Below are positions 29,627 through 40,201 of a stretch of DNA of 64,000 nucleotides, piece by piece. Origin of the DNA: an uncultured delta proteobacterium (GTDB lineage Bacteria > Myxococcota_A > Polyangia > Fen-1088). Within the stretch, counting starts at the first letter, position 1. Every line of letters begins with the position of its first letter. The position numbers were made by a program, and so were the translations under genes. Where the stretch lies: the NCBI GenBank assembly GCA_963796685.1, contig CAWCMR010000005.1:1-64000 (forward strand), written 5' to 3'. A model generated the notes under the pieces. That model searched no databases. It had not been told where the DNA came from and worked only from the letters and a program-made list of their open reading frames with translations.

Positions 29627-31090
29627 CACTACTGATTGAAACACGAGATTCTCCGTCGGTGTTCAGTGGCATGTGCACCAGACGGTGTGGTCCATCGTTT
29701 TCGGTGACAAAGGGGGCAGCGGGGTAACCACCTGGTCAGGACGCGCGCGACGGCCAGGCGCACGGTGATGAAGGAATCCGGGAAGTGCCGCTCCGGGCGA
29801 GTTGACGTTCGCACCGTCGTGACGATGCGGCGCTCTCCGCGTGGCGGCTTTTCCGGTCGAGGGGGGAAAAGCCCTGGAGCGCTCGGCAACGATAAACGCG
29901 AAGCAAACCAGCACGATGGAGACATGGTGGTTCCAGCCACGGAAGGAGCGCCCCTCGTAGTGGTCGAGTCCCAGCTCTCCCTTGGCGTCCTCATACACGC
30001 GCTCGGTGCGCCACCGCTGCTTGATCCGCCGGACGAGCTGCCGTCGGGTCATGGTCGCCGGCAACGTGGCCGCGGTGAAGTCGGTCGGCCCCTCTTCACC
30101 GTCGGGCCATTCCATGACCAGCCAGACCGCCTCGCGCTTTGACGGGTCGACCAAGTCGTCCTGTGCGAGCACGACACGCTCGACGGCGAAGCGCGACGAC
30201 ATCTTGCCCTTGGTTCCCTCCCGCCAGGTCACCCGCCGGAAGCCTTGCCGCCCGATGGCGATGGCGAGGTCGCCGACCGCCACGGGGCTACCGATACGCC
30301 GCCCGCGCGAGTCCAGGCGCCACACCGTCGTCGTACAGTGCAGGCCCACGGCGTAGTCCAGGCCCTCGCAACGCACGCGACGACGAAACTCGGCGTTGTC
30401 CCCATACGCGCTGTCGGCCAGCACCAGCCCCGTCGGTAACCCGTCCGCGACCGCACGGTCGATCATTTCCACTCCCAGCTCGGGCTTGGTCTTGAACGTC
30501 ACCTCCTCGGGGATGTGGGCCTCGGCCCGCCGCGAGGGATTCTCGGTCCAGCTCTCGGGCAGGTATAGCGCGAAGTCCACCGGCAGGTGTTCCGTTCGCG
30601 TGGCGATGGTCAAGCTGGCTGCCACCTGGCAATTCGCAATCTTGCCGAGGGTGCCGGAGTACTGTCGCTGCACGCCTACCGAGTGCGTGCCCTGCTTGGG
30701 GAAGCCGGTGTCGTCGATGATCCAGTCCGTGACCGGCCCCCGGGCCGTCATCGCCGCCAGCGCGTAGCGCGCGGCCTCCCGGCGTACATCACGGTCGGAC
30801 CACTCCGCGTCTCGGGTGAAGTAGGTCAGCCGCTGGTGTGCGGCATCCACCAGCTCCGGGTCCGGGCAAGCCCGCGCCGCCATCGGTTCCGCACTCTTCC
30901 GCTCTCCGTCGCCCATCAAGCCCAAGGCATAGGTGGCAAACGACGCCCGCGACGGCGCCGTCCGCAAAACACCGCCGATTCGGTCGAAATAGGCGGCCAA
31001 CCGACGCTCTCCCTTGCGATCAAGCTGGTATTCCATCCCCGATCTTTCGCCGATTTCTCGACGGACTGGCAAATTTCTCAATCAGTAGTG
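29627..31090 (-). mobile_element. IS701-family insertion sequence
   Basis: 13-bp terminal inverted repeats CACTACTGATTGA; CTAG duplication at 29623-29626 and 31091-31094. Confidence 0.93.
29663..31036 (-). CDS. IS701-family DDE transposase
   Basis: RKSAEPMA, IIDDTGFPKQGTHSVGVQRQYSGTLGK, ADSAYG, KGELGLDHYEGRS. Confidence 0.93.
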   Translation of the reverse strand: MEYQLDRKGERRLAAYFDRIGGVLRTAPSRASFATYALGLMGDGERKSAEPMAARACPDPELVDAAHQRLTYFTRDAEWSDRDVRREAARYALAAMTARGPVTDWIIDDTGFPKQGTHSVGVQRQYSGTLGKIANCQVAASLTIATRTEHLPVDFALYLPESWTENPSRRAEAHIPEEVTFKTKPELGVEMIDRAVADGLPTGLVLADSAYGDNAEFRRRVRCEGLDYAVGLHCTTTVWRLDSRGRRIGSPVAVGDLAIAIGRQGFRRVTWREGTKGKMSSRFAVERVVLAQDDLVDPSKREAVWLVMEWPDGEEGPTDFTAATLPATMTRRQLVRRIKQRWRTERVYEDAKGELGLDHYEGRSFRGWNHHVSIVLVCFAFIVAERSRAFPPSTGKAATRRAPHRHDGANVNSPGAALPGFLHHRAPGRRARPDQVVTPLPPLSPKTMDHTVWCTCH

Positions 31091-31759
31091 CTAGCCAAGT
31101 TCTGAGGCAAAAGAGCGTGCTCGGGATCCTCAAGATTGGGAAGGTGACAGGCGGCGACAGCCTCCAGAGACGGGTCGATGAGGTACCCTTTGCCTACAGG
31201 ATTGCGTGGATAACCAAATGGGCCAAACCTCGGATCGACATCGACACCGGCACTCTTCAGAGAATCCTCGTAAGCTCCTCCCAAGGTCCTTCGAGCGACT
31301 TCATCCACTCCTCCGTAGGCTGATTCCCATAGCAGGGGAATTCTTGTGATCGGTGCGGGCGCGGTGAAACGGATCGCGCCATTCAGCACCTCACATCGCC
31401 GATCCCCGAACACAAGAAGCCTTCTTTGGAACGCACCAGCGCCGATTGCCGCCGTAAACCAGTTCTTGCCCTCGTGATCGTAGGCGTGCCCTTGAATCAC
31501 AACGTCGACACCCGTCCGGTTCATGATGAGGTCGCTGTCATGGCGGAGCCCCCCCTCGTCATCGCAGAGGATGGGTTGTTCAACGAGTGGGATCTGGGAC
31601 GGGGCTTCCTGTAGAATGCCTCGAAATACTGTGTAGGTTCTCTTCCCGACGACGCCCAACACCGGTTGACCCAAAGGAGTGCTTGCCAGTACGACAGCGG
31701 AAATTCGCGTCGGCATCGCACCCAGTTCTGTTGAATCAGCGGTCATCTTGTCCAGCTAC

Positions 31760-32587
31760 CTACCTGAAAAGGGAGTCTGCCCATGCGTCCGCCGCTCCCG
31801 CTAGCTTCCCGCCTGGCGTGTAGCCAGCCGAATAGCCGAGTGGGCTTCCGACCGCAAACGCACCTACTGCCCAAGTCACAGCCGCGGTGACAAATTCACC
31901 GGTCTTGGGAAACGAGATAACGGCAGCTAGCACAGCTTGACCGCCTCTTGCCACAATTCCACTGCTCATTGCCGCCTTGATCACAATGCCGCCTACCACC
32001 TTTCCAATTCCTTTTACGATGGCACCTCCCAATAGCGAAGCAGCTGATGTTAGAGCCCAGTCAACCAACATGGATACCAAGCCACGGCAAACATCAGCCC
32101 AGGTCAAACCGGCATAGACCGTGTTCAGGAGGGTAATTGGATATCCTGTCGGCAGTGAGACCGGATCGCCACAATCAAGGCTCAAATCCATGGCATACAG
32201 GATGCCAACCGCCATGTCCGCTGGTCCGGCTTGGGTCTTCACCTTCACAGATCCTGAACCAAACTCATTCTTCGATCCGGCTCCAAGAGCGATAATAGGA
32301 AGCAGGGTGTTTGCCCAGATGTGTCCCCCATGGGGACCGGCGTCGTGCTGGCGTCCGCAGGCATAGCCCCAACCGGCCGAAACAGTGTTCGTTGGAACGA
32401 GTGCATCGGGGGAGGAAGCCCGGCTAGTCACCGAGCTCAATGGGAATCCCATCTTGGCGGATAGACCAACCCCCCAAACAACTACATGCGGCATGGGGGC
32501 CGGGGGCATTGGTGGAAGCGAATTATGAATATCAACCCCGACAATCGGTTGAATCGTATTCAAGCAAGGATACGGAATACCTGGCAT
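31760..32587 (-). CDS. PAAR-like domain protein with a hydrophobic C-terminus (T6SS-associated)
   Basis: PIVGVDIH...PMPH N-terminus; lies between two DUF2169 genes. Confidence 0.5.
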   Translation of the reverse strand: MPGIPYPCLNTIQPIVGVDIHNSLPPMPPAPMPHVVVWGVGLSAKMGFPLSSVTSRASSPDALVPTNTVSAGWGYACGRQHDAGPHGGHIWANTLLPIIALGAGSKNEFGSGSVKVKTQAGPADMAVGILYAMDLSLDCGDPVSLPTGYPITLLNTVYAGLTWADVCRGLVSMLVDWALTSAASLLGGAIVKGIGKVVGGIVIKAAMSSGIVARGGQAVLAAVISFPKTGEFVTAAVTWAVGAFAVGSPLGYSAGYTPGGKLAGAADAWADSLFR

Positions 32588-32603
32588 TTTGTGCCTTCCT
32601 TCT

Positions 32604-33917
32604 TCACGCCAATTCCCCAACCTCGGACAGCGTGGCTTGACGTGTCTGTTCCGATTGGAACTGATAGCTGAAGTTGGCCCGGTTTGTAATGACGACCTTA
32701 CGTACATCCGACCATATGTAGACACCGTCGATTCGGCTCTCGACATCGACCGTCTTCCCCGAAGTATTGACTTCAAGACCAAGACGGACGGATGGAAGGG
32801 TGATGGCCAGTGGCTTTTCATCCAGTCCCTGAACGGCGATGGTCTCAGACGGTGCAACTTTGTCTACGACGAGCTTTGGATGGGCGTTGTTGAACAGAAG
32901 TGGTGAAACCGACTGGATCGACTTCCTGTCGGCGGCAATCTTGATCGCTTCCTGCGCTCGCAAGCCCCAAATCATCGGGTATGGAGCAAACCCTGCGACA
33001 GGCTGGCGATCCGACCATTGGTAGTTTTCGGAGGAGGCGGCATCTTCTATGTTCGGAAGCTGGTGGTCTACCGCCTGCTCGGCTTCCAGATAGAAGCCGA
33101 TGCCCCATGGATTCTCAGGATGAGGGGCCTGATATCCAGCAAAGTCCGCCGAACCGCCATATGCACGCTTATAGGAAAGCGGCATTTCAGTGAATGGAGT
33201 GGGCGCCGTCGGTGACAATGCCGTCGCCGCGCGTCCCGTCTTCTTCCATGTACGGTCCCCGAGAACCCGCAATTCTCGGACAATCGATCCGATCGTGATT
33301 GAGACACGCGCCCTGGTCACAGGACGCAGTCGACGGATGGTTCCTAAAACCGCGACATCGGCGCCTTTCTTGCGGATGAAATGATCCCCGTGGAAGATTC
33401 CATAGGGAGTCTCCAGAAAATCTGGAGAAAGGGGCAATGGCTCGTCTGCGGGCCTCAGATGGCCGTCCTCGACGATGTCATATGTCCTCTTGACAATAAC
33501 AACAGCAGAGAGAGCCTCAGTTTGAAGGTTCGCGACCTGGAGGATCGCTGGCCATCTTGTCTCTACCTTCTCTCTCGCCTCCACGAGGAATTCGTCACAG
33601 CGAATACCCACACGACGCGCGGCCTCGACCTCGATTGATGATCCCTTCACCGACACGACTGGTCCCGTGGCATCAAGCCGTATTTCAAAGGATAGCTCCG
33701 TGGCGCCCGTGGCGGAAGATATTGTCACAACTGCCTGTTCCGACGTCGCCTGAACCGTCAAAGTACGCCCCTGCCTCATTGCCAGAACGGCCCTTCCGGG
33801 GTCGAGGCGTTGTTCAGGGATACATTCGACTGGTGGAGATGACATCGTTGACTCTTCACGGTACAAACCCATCCTGGGCGTGTCAAGGAGGGATATAGCG
33901 CCATCATCCCTCGACAA
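32604..33917 (-). CDS. In-frame fusion of the spike-like hypothetical gene and DUF2169, created by a 309-bp deletion
   Basis: Matches 9113-10735 without 10070-10378; junction at about 33560. Confidence 0.8.
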   Translation of the reverse strand: MSRDDGAISLLDTPRMGLYREESTMSSPPVECIPEQRLDPGRAVLAMRQGRTLTVQATSEQAVVTISSATGATELSFEIRLDATGPVVSVKGSSIEVEAARRVGIRCDEFLVEAREKVETRWPAILQVANLQTEALSAVVIVKRTYDIVEDGHLRPADEPLPLSPDFLETPYGIFHGDHFIRKKGADVAVLGTIRRLRPVTRARVSITIGSIVRELRVLGDRTWKKTGRAATALSPTAPTPFTEMPLSYKRAYGGSADFAGYQAPHPENPWGIGFYLEAEQAVDHQLPNIEDAASSENYQWSDRQPVAGFAPYPMIWGLRAQEAIKIAADRKSIQSVSPLLFNNAHPKLVVDKVAPSETIAVQGLDEKPLAITLPSVRLGLEVNTSGKTVDVESRIDGVYIWSDVRKVVITNRANFSYQFQSEQTRQATLSEVGELA

Positions 33918-34031
33918 GCGCAGCGACGTCGCGGGGCGCCGAGCCGAAGGCCGCGGTGGCGACCCGCTCTACGTACTCGACAAAGTTCCGGGGGTCTGGC
34001 ATGAGGAGTGCCTGAAGAACCCGACGAAAGA

Positions 34032-34433
34032 GCCGGCACGCCCGCCATCAACGGCGCCATCGCCCTTGGCGCCGCCATCGACTACGTCGAATCGTTCGGC
34101 ATGGCGGCCATCGAGCGCTACGAGGCCGAGCTTCTCGCCTACGCGGAAGCGGCCTTGAGCAAGCTCCCCGGCCTGCGCCTCATCGGCAAACCCAAGCACC
34201 GGGCCGGCGCCATCTCCTTCATGCTGGGCGACATCCATCCCCACGACCTCGGGACCGTGCTGGATCGCTATGGCGTCGCCATTCGCGCCGGACACCACTG
34301 CGCGCAGCCCACCATGAAACGCATGGGCGTGCCGGGAACCGCGCGCGCCTCGTTCGCCTTCTACAACAAGCCCGAAGAGGTCGACACCTTGGTCGACTGC
34401 CTCACGGAGGCCCAGAAAGTGTTCCACCCATGA
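34032..34433 (+). pseudogene. sufS: 5'-truncated sufS, copy 4 (same breakpoint as copy 2)
   Basis: Junction GACGAAAGA|GCCGGCAC identical to that at 10850. Confidence 0.92.
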
Positions 34434-34909
34434 ACGAGCTCGACCAGCTCTACCAGGAAGTGATCCTCGATCACCAGCGCAACCCGCGCAACTACGCCAA
34501 GTTGCCCACGGCCAACCACCAGGCCGAGGGCGCCAATCCCCTGTGCGGCGATCACGTCACCGTGTACCTCGACGTCAAGGACGGGGTCATCCGCGACATC
34601 AGCTTCCAAGGCGAGGGCTGCGCCATCGCCAAGGCCTCGGCGTCCATGATGACCTCGGTGGTGAAGGGAAAGTCCCTGGCCGACGCCTCCGAGACCTTCA
34701 AGCGCTTCCACCAGATGATCACCGGCGGCCAAGACCCCTGCTTCGACCTCGAAGACCTGGGCAAGCTCGCCGCCTTCTCCGGCGTGAGCGCGTTCCCCGT
34801 GCGGGTCAAGTGCGCAAGCCTGGCCTGGCACACCTTGAACGCGGCCATGCACGAAACCACGCCTCCCCCGCCCGCCGGAGGCGAGCCCAACAAGGAGCCC
34901 CAGAAGTGA
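34430..34909 (+). CDS. sufU: SufU copy 4
   Basis: Intact 159-aa ORF. Confidence 0.9.
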   Translation: MNELDQLYQEVILDHQRNPRNYAKLPTANHQAEGANPLCGDHVTVYLDVKDGVIRDISFQGEGCAIAKASASMMTSVVKGKSLADASETFKRFHQMITGGQDPCFDLEDLGKLAAFSGVSAFPVRVKCASLAWHTLNAAMHETTPPPPAGGEPNKEPQK

Positions 34910-35301
34910 CGGCGACGCCCAATCCCCAGCCCGCACCCGCCCCATCACCCGATCCGCCATCGGGCTCCACGGCCAACGATGCGGCCACCGCCCAGTTGGA
35001 GCGCCTGGTGTGGCAGGAGCTGCGCGAGTGCTACGACCCGGAGATCCCCGTCAACATCGTGGAGCTGGGGCTCGTGTATGCCATGCGCTCCGAGCCCCTG
35101 CCCGAGGGCGGCCACCGGGTCGAGGTCCTCATGACCGTGACCTCACCCGCCTGTGGCATGTCCGAGATCCTGCGCTCGGAGGCCGACGCGCGCATCCGCA
35201 AGCTGCCCGGCGTCGCCCAGGTCGAGGTGGCCATCACCTTCGACCCGCCCTGGACCCCCGAGCTCATGAGCGACGACGCGCGGATGATGCTGAATTTGTG
35301 A
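34906..35301 (+). CDS. sufT: SufT copy 4
   Basis: Intact ORF. Confidence 0.85.
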   Translation: MTATPNPQPAPAPSPDPPSGSTANDAATAQLERLVWQELRECYDPEIPVNIVELGLVYAMRSEPLPEGGHRVEVLMTVTSPACGMSEILRSEADARIRKLPGVAQVEVAITFDPPWTPELMSDDARMMLNL

Positions 35302-36165
35302 CCAGCCCCTCGGCCTGGAACGCGCGCACGCGCTCTTCGCGCTCGACCTCCGGTATGGAGCCGTTGAGAGTCAGGGTGCGCAGGCCCGCCCAGGCAAGCA
35401 GGGGGCGGCAATCGCGCAACTTTCATGACTCGCTGACCGACATCCCTCCTTTGTGGAGGCAGCGGCATGCGCACAGCCCGCGTCTGCGGGACCGGTCTAT
35501 TCACGCCGGCAGCCGGAGAAGACTGCCTTGTACAGGGTCATGCAGGAACATCTGCTGACCTTCGAGCAGCAGTGGACCGACGAGGCCAATGGCCGGACAC
35601 TGCCCGGCTTCGTGACCGACGAGCTGCACGGATTCATGTCGTGCGGAATCTTGGGGCGAGGCTTCGCACACCTTTTCTGTAAGACCTGCCACGAACAGCG
35701 AGGTGGTTCCCTCACCCGTCGAGCCGGCGTCCCCCGCGCAGGACAAGCCCAAGAACACTTCGAGGTATATTTCTTGGTCCGAACTTTTGCGCCGCACCTT
35801 CGGGTTCGAAATCGCCTGCCAGAAATGTAAGGCCCCGCTCCGCCTGATCGCACTCATCAAGAGCGAGGACATCGCCAAGAAGATCCTGACCGCGATGCAC
35901 CTGCCAACGGAGATCCCGGAGCTACGCCCAGCGCGCCCGCCGCCCCTGAAGGCGGGTGGCAGCGCTGACTGGCTGAACTGAACACGACCTCTCCGGGGCT
36001 GTGATGGGGTGGACTACGCCTTGTGATTGAGACAGCCCGTTCGGCACCCGAATCGCGCCATCAAACCCGCTCCGTAGGGCACTCCAGGCGCACGCGAGGG
36101 TGTGGTGGCACAGGGCGGCACGGGTTTTCGGACCGGAAATCCCCCCCTTCGATTCGCTTATGCAC
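35302..36165 (+). mobile_element. Non-autonomous ISCR derivative with the same 974-bp deletion as copy 2
   Basis: ACGAAC|AGCGAGG junction at about 35696; ends TATGCAC. Confidence 0.88.
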
Positions 36166-36524
36166 CGCCTGCCGACTTGTCCGCAAGCACCGCCCCCGCA
36201 CCTCCGCCCCCGAGCACCCCCACGCCACCTGCGTTCACCAAGCCATCCAAGCCGCCCCCTTCTGGCACAAGGTGTCGGTACATCAGATGGGCCCAGCTTC
36301 TACGTCTGACGTTCGGGTTGACGGTCGACGAGTGTCCTGCATGTGGGGGCCGGATGAAACTGCGCGCTCTCGTTCGCGACCCCGAAAGCATCGAGCACTT
36401 CTTGCGCCACCAAGGCATCTGGTCGCCACCACAAGACATTGCGCCAGCGCGTGCGCCGCCCTACCACCGCAAGGTGACCCGCCTTTCGCCGACACGCCAG
36501 CAAGATCTCTTCCCCGAGACATGA
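36166..36524 (+). pseudogene. C-terminal fragment of a different IS91-family transposase
   Basis: RYIRWAQLLRLTFG...CPACGGRMKLRA...PARAPP parallels the tail of 7135-8637. Confidence 0.8.
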
Positions 36525-36843
36525 GCTTGGCCCGGCCTGCACGACAAGCGGCGCCCGGCTACCGGGCGTAGCCTGCCCTGCCGACGCCAAAGGCAATCTG
36601 GCTTACACACACGTTCCACCCCAATCAGCCAAATCCGCCCAGCCGCTCTCCCGTGGCCCCGGCGAACCCAATGCCCACGACCGGCTGACCCGGCCACCAG
36701 ATCTTCATTAATGCGATGTGCAACGGCTCAAATCGATTACGGACAGCACAGTGACAATCGTCAGCATCGCTTGACTTTGATAGTGTTCTTTAGCCACGCT
36801 TGGCCTTCAAGCGACTACCCTTGAACCGACGATAGGAGAAGCT

Positions 36844-37308
36844 ATGCATCGACCTCAATTTACGCAAGCCTGGGCTTCGTTTCAGACCGTTCTCGGAAAT
36901 GGCACGGTGGCAGCTGTCGGGAATCTTATTGGTGGCAAGGTGAAGGCGAATATCGATGCGAAGATCTTCACCAACGCCTGCGCCCTGCGAATGAGCTACG
37001 TCTTAAATCGAACAGGTGTGCGCATTCATCCGCACGCGAACCAGACTGTTTCCGGCGGCGACCACGATCACTACTACTTTCGCGTAAAGGATCTGCTTGA
37101 GTTTCTGCGCCGCACCTTTGGCAAGCCCGACGCCATTCTTCCTGGTTCCAACACGACGGCCCTGACCAGGAAGAAGGGACTACTCGTTTTTGAAGTCGCA
37201 GTTTGGCGGGACGCTACCGGCCATGCAACCTTGTGGGATGGTGTCTCTTGCTCGGACCATTGTTACTTTCTTGAGGCAAAACATCTCCTGTTTTGGGCCT
37301 TGTCATGA
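36844..37308 (+). CDS. T6SS peptidoglycan amidase effector, Tae4 family
   Basis: NACALRMSYVLN catalytic Cys and WRDATGHATLWDG His motif; RBS GGAG. Confidence 0.88.
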   Translation: MHRPQFTQAWASFQTVLGNGTVAAVGNLIGGKVKANIDAKIFTNACALRMSYVLNRTGVRIHPHANQTVSGGDHDHYYFRVKDLLEFLRRTFGKPDAILPGSNTTALTRKKGLLVFEVAVWRDATGHATLWDGVSCSDHCYFLEAKHLLFWALS

Positions 37309-37679
37309 TGCGTGTTTTCGTCGGAACGATTGCTCTTCTGCTTGCCCGGCCAGCCGTGCCTGCCGATAGTTCCAAGCCTGAGGTGCCCAAGTATTCACAG
37401 GTGGAGCTGCTCAAGAATTACGCGACAGCGAGATGCCTAAGCCGAGCTTTTCCTGGCTCGGTCCTCGAACCTGATGCGGCCGCAAGTGCCGCCGGATACC
37501 TGGAACGAGGATCGGTAAGCGCCGATGCCTATGTCGAGATCGCAAAGCTTGCCGATACGTTCTTGGCGCGGAAATATCCCAGCCAGTCAGGCCAACCCTT
37601 GCAGACGATGAAATGCATCGATCTGTTTCAGAGCAAGGATCTGAACCTCGTCGTCAAACGGTTCGCGGGGAAGCGATAA
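37305..37679 (+). CDS. Amidase immunity protein, Tai4 family
   Basis: Signal peptide, LLKNYATARCL, DAAASAAGYLE, MKCIDLFQS; overlaps the tae4 stop. Confidence 0.85.
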   Translation: MMRVFVGTIALLLARPAVPADSSKPEVPKYSQVELLKNYATARCLSRAFPGSVLEPDAAASAAGYLERGSVSADAYVEIAKLADTFLARKYPSQSGQPLQTMKCIDLFQSKDLNLVVKRFAGKR

Positions 37680-38059
37680 CGAGACGATCTTCGGCCTCAG
37701 GACGTGTGATGGAGTCTCTTTCTGGCTGACGGTGGTGATTCCGGCGCATGCGGAGGTCGTCAATCGACGAGCCGGACCATGTGTCCGCCGCAAGAACTCG
37801 GTACAGGTCGAATCGACGCCAGCCTTCATCGGGATTGACCGGGTGGTTGCCCAAGATCGGGTTGCAGCGAGGGTTGGGCAGCGCCACCATGGGGTCAAGG
37901 TGCGCCTGGATCTTGTGTGCGAACGCGCGAGAGCCGGCTGGGGACACACGAATCGCGTGCTACATACCTTGCACGAGCTGTGCTGCTGCGGTCGTCTCAG
38001 GCGACCCGCGCGTAGTACTCGTGATGTAGCCCACCGAGGACTGGTCGAGAAACAACGTC

Positions 38060-38996
38060 CTTGGGTGGAACCCGTCGCACGGGCGGCAACCAACGCGCGC
38101 CCGCTGGGGGTTCGTCGGCGGGCTGGTCTTGCTCCTCGGCGGTGCCGCGTCGCTGGTGGCAGCCGGCACGGTCAAGGTCAAGATGTTGCCCTTCGACAAC
38201 AAGGCCGAGTTTCAGGTTCAACTGGACATGCCCGCGGGAACGCCCCGTGAAGATGCTTTCGTCGTGGGCCAGGCTCTGGCGCGCCGGGTGTTGGAAGAGC
38301 CCGAGGTGCTGGATGTCCAGGTCTACGCCGGCGTGGCCGCGCCCTTCACGTTCGTGGGCATGGTTCGCCACAGCTTCTTCAGGGACGCGCCCGAGCAGGT
38401 CGATCTGCAAGTCAACCTGGTGCCCAAGGGCAAGCGCAAGGCGCAAAGCCGCGCCATCGTCATGCGTCTGCGGCCGGCGCTGGAGGCGATTGCCGGCGCC
38501 AAGGGCGGCCGGCTCAAGCTGGTCGAGATTCCGCCCGGCCCGCCCGTGCTCGATACCCTGGTCGCCGAGATCTACGGACCGAGTGTGGCAGAGCGCGATC
38601 GCCTGGCGCGCGAGACGCTGGCGGCCTTTCGCTCCACCGCGGGTGTGGTCGACATCGATTCGACCTTGAACCCGACAACACCCAAAATTTCCATCGACAT
38701 CGATCACGAGAAGTCGGCCCTGCACGGGGTGGCACCGGCGGCGGTGGTGCAGACCCTGGCCGCGGCCGGGTACGGCGCGCAACACGGGCTCTTCCACGGC
38801 GGGCATGGCGCCAATCAGATCCCCATCATCCTGCAGCTTGCGCCGGCCCAGCGCAGCCGCATCGATCAATTGCTGCAACTGACGGTGCCCGGGGTTCGCG
38901 GTCCGGTCCCACTATCCGAGCTGGTGCACTCCACCACCGGATTCGCCGATCCCGACATCTTTCACAAGAACCTGATGCCCGTGTCGTATGTCTTCG
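38060..38996 (+). pseudogene. Internal fragment of an AcrB/RND permease
   Basis: VKMLPFDNKAEFQV, PPGPPVLDTLVAEIYGP, IFHKNLMPVSYV; both ends missing. Confidence 0.82.
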
Positions 38997-39038
38997 GCGG
39001 CCTGCGCCGCGGAAGCCAGCTCGGCGCCTCGCAGCTCC

Positions 39039-39121
39039 CTCCAGGCACGTGCGAGGGTGCGGTGGCGCCGGGAGGCATCGGTTCTCGGACCGGAATTGCC
39101 CCCTTCGATTTGGCCATGCTC
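39039..39121 (+). mobile_element. Diverged orphan ISCR right end
   Basis: CTCCAGGC...CGAGGGTGCGGTGGC...TCGGACCGGAA..CCCCTTCGATTTGGCCATGCTC aligns with 8738-8820. Confidence 0.75.
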
Positions 39122-39484
39122 ATGCGCTCAACCGACGAGGACGCCAGCGCGCGAAAGACCAAGCCAGATGGTTGCAGAACGCCGCGGTCAGAGCCTTTGA
39201 TGCCCTTGGAGCGCAGTCGTTCAAGCAGGCGATAGACGGTCCTAACTCACCGTCCAAGCGCCGTGGCCCCGGCCTCGACACCCAGTCGACGAGCCTCAAC
39301 CTGTCTGAGAATCCCGATGCGTTGCATTTCCTTCATGGTCAGTACCAACTTCTCGTCTGGTCCCATGGACCACGACAGTAGTGACATTTTTACTCGGCAG
39401 TTGGACTGACAGATTCATTCGGCTGCCATGGGGACCACGACGCTCACGCCAAAATATTGGAAACTGTGTATGCTACACACTGTC

Positions 39485-40201
39485 ATGCCTGTGTGCGGCA
39501 TCCTCTTCGACATCGGCGACACCCTCCTCGCCGCAACTCTCCTCCAAGAGCAAGCCTTGCGCGAGGCCAGCCACGCACTCGAGATGGCGGGGCTTGTCCC
39601 TGATAGCGAAAGCCTTCGCCTGGCGTATTCAAGTGCGGACCAGGAGGCCGGCTTTCAGGATCTCCCTGACCTCAACCACCTCTATGCCGACCCTCGCGTC
39701 TTCGAAAGAGCGTGCGGCTCACTCGGTTGGCAGAACAGTGACGCCCTGACCTGGGAATTCCTTACCATCCATCGAAACCAGGTACGGAAGTGCATCCGCC
39801 CCAATCCCGAGCATATCGAAAGCATTCAGCGACTTGCCTCGAGAGGCTTCCGCCTCGGAGTCGTTTCCAACGGCACAACGGTTGAGCAACAGGAGCAGCT
39901 TCGTCTTCTGGAGCTCGACCAGTTCTTCTCGCCGATAGTTGTTTCCCAACAAGCGGGCATCAGGAAGCCGACTCCGGCCATTTTCCACCTGGCGATACGA
40001 GATTGGGGGATCCCGGCTTCGCAGATCTTGATGGTGGGTGACCGTCCCGACATCGACATACTCGGCGCTAAGCGCGCCGGAATGAAAGCCGCATTAACTT
40101 GGGAATTCGTGTCCCACCCCACAGAGATGATCCCAGTTCTGCCCGACTGCCTGGTCGCCAGTATCGCCGAACTAGCCAGACGCCTGGAGGCTCTACCGTG
40201 A
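39485..40201 (+). CDS. HAD-superfamily hydrolase
   Basis: LFDIGDTL, VVSNG, RKP, MVGDRPDIDILGA. Confidence 0.88.
   Translation: MPVCGILFDIGDTLLAATLLQEQALREASHALEMAGLVPDSESLRLAYSSADQEAGFQDLPDLNHLYADPRVFERACGSLGWQNSDALTWEFLTIHRNQVRKCIRPNPEHIESIQRLASRGFRLGVVSNGTTVEQQEQLRLLELDQFFSPIVVSQQAGIRKPTPAIFHLAIRDWGIPASQILMVGDRPDIDILGAKRAGMKAALTWEFVSHPTEMIPVLPDCLVASIAELARRLEALP

Larger units (their letters stand above)
29100..31746 (-). pseudogene. Second DUF2169 gene split by IS701
   Basis: The halves rejoin in frame as ...LLPQNLA|RGDFLRW...; VFGDRR, AYGG, NPVGKG, LPNLED, TLLIEPD motifs. Confidence 0.85.

Noticed and set aside
6985-36165. Composite DDE transposons flanked by IS copies
   Set aside because: The flanking element has HUH motifs, no inverted repeats or target duplications, and always travels with suf DNA
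37680-38060. Short ORFs between tai4 and the AcrB fragment
   Set aside because: No motif I can support in any frame
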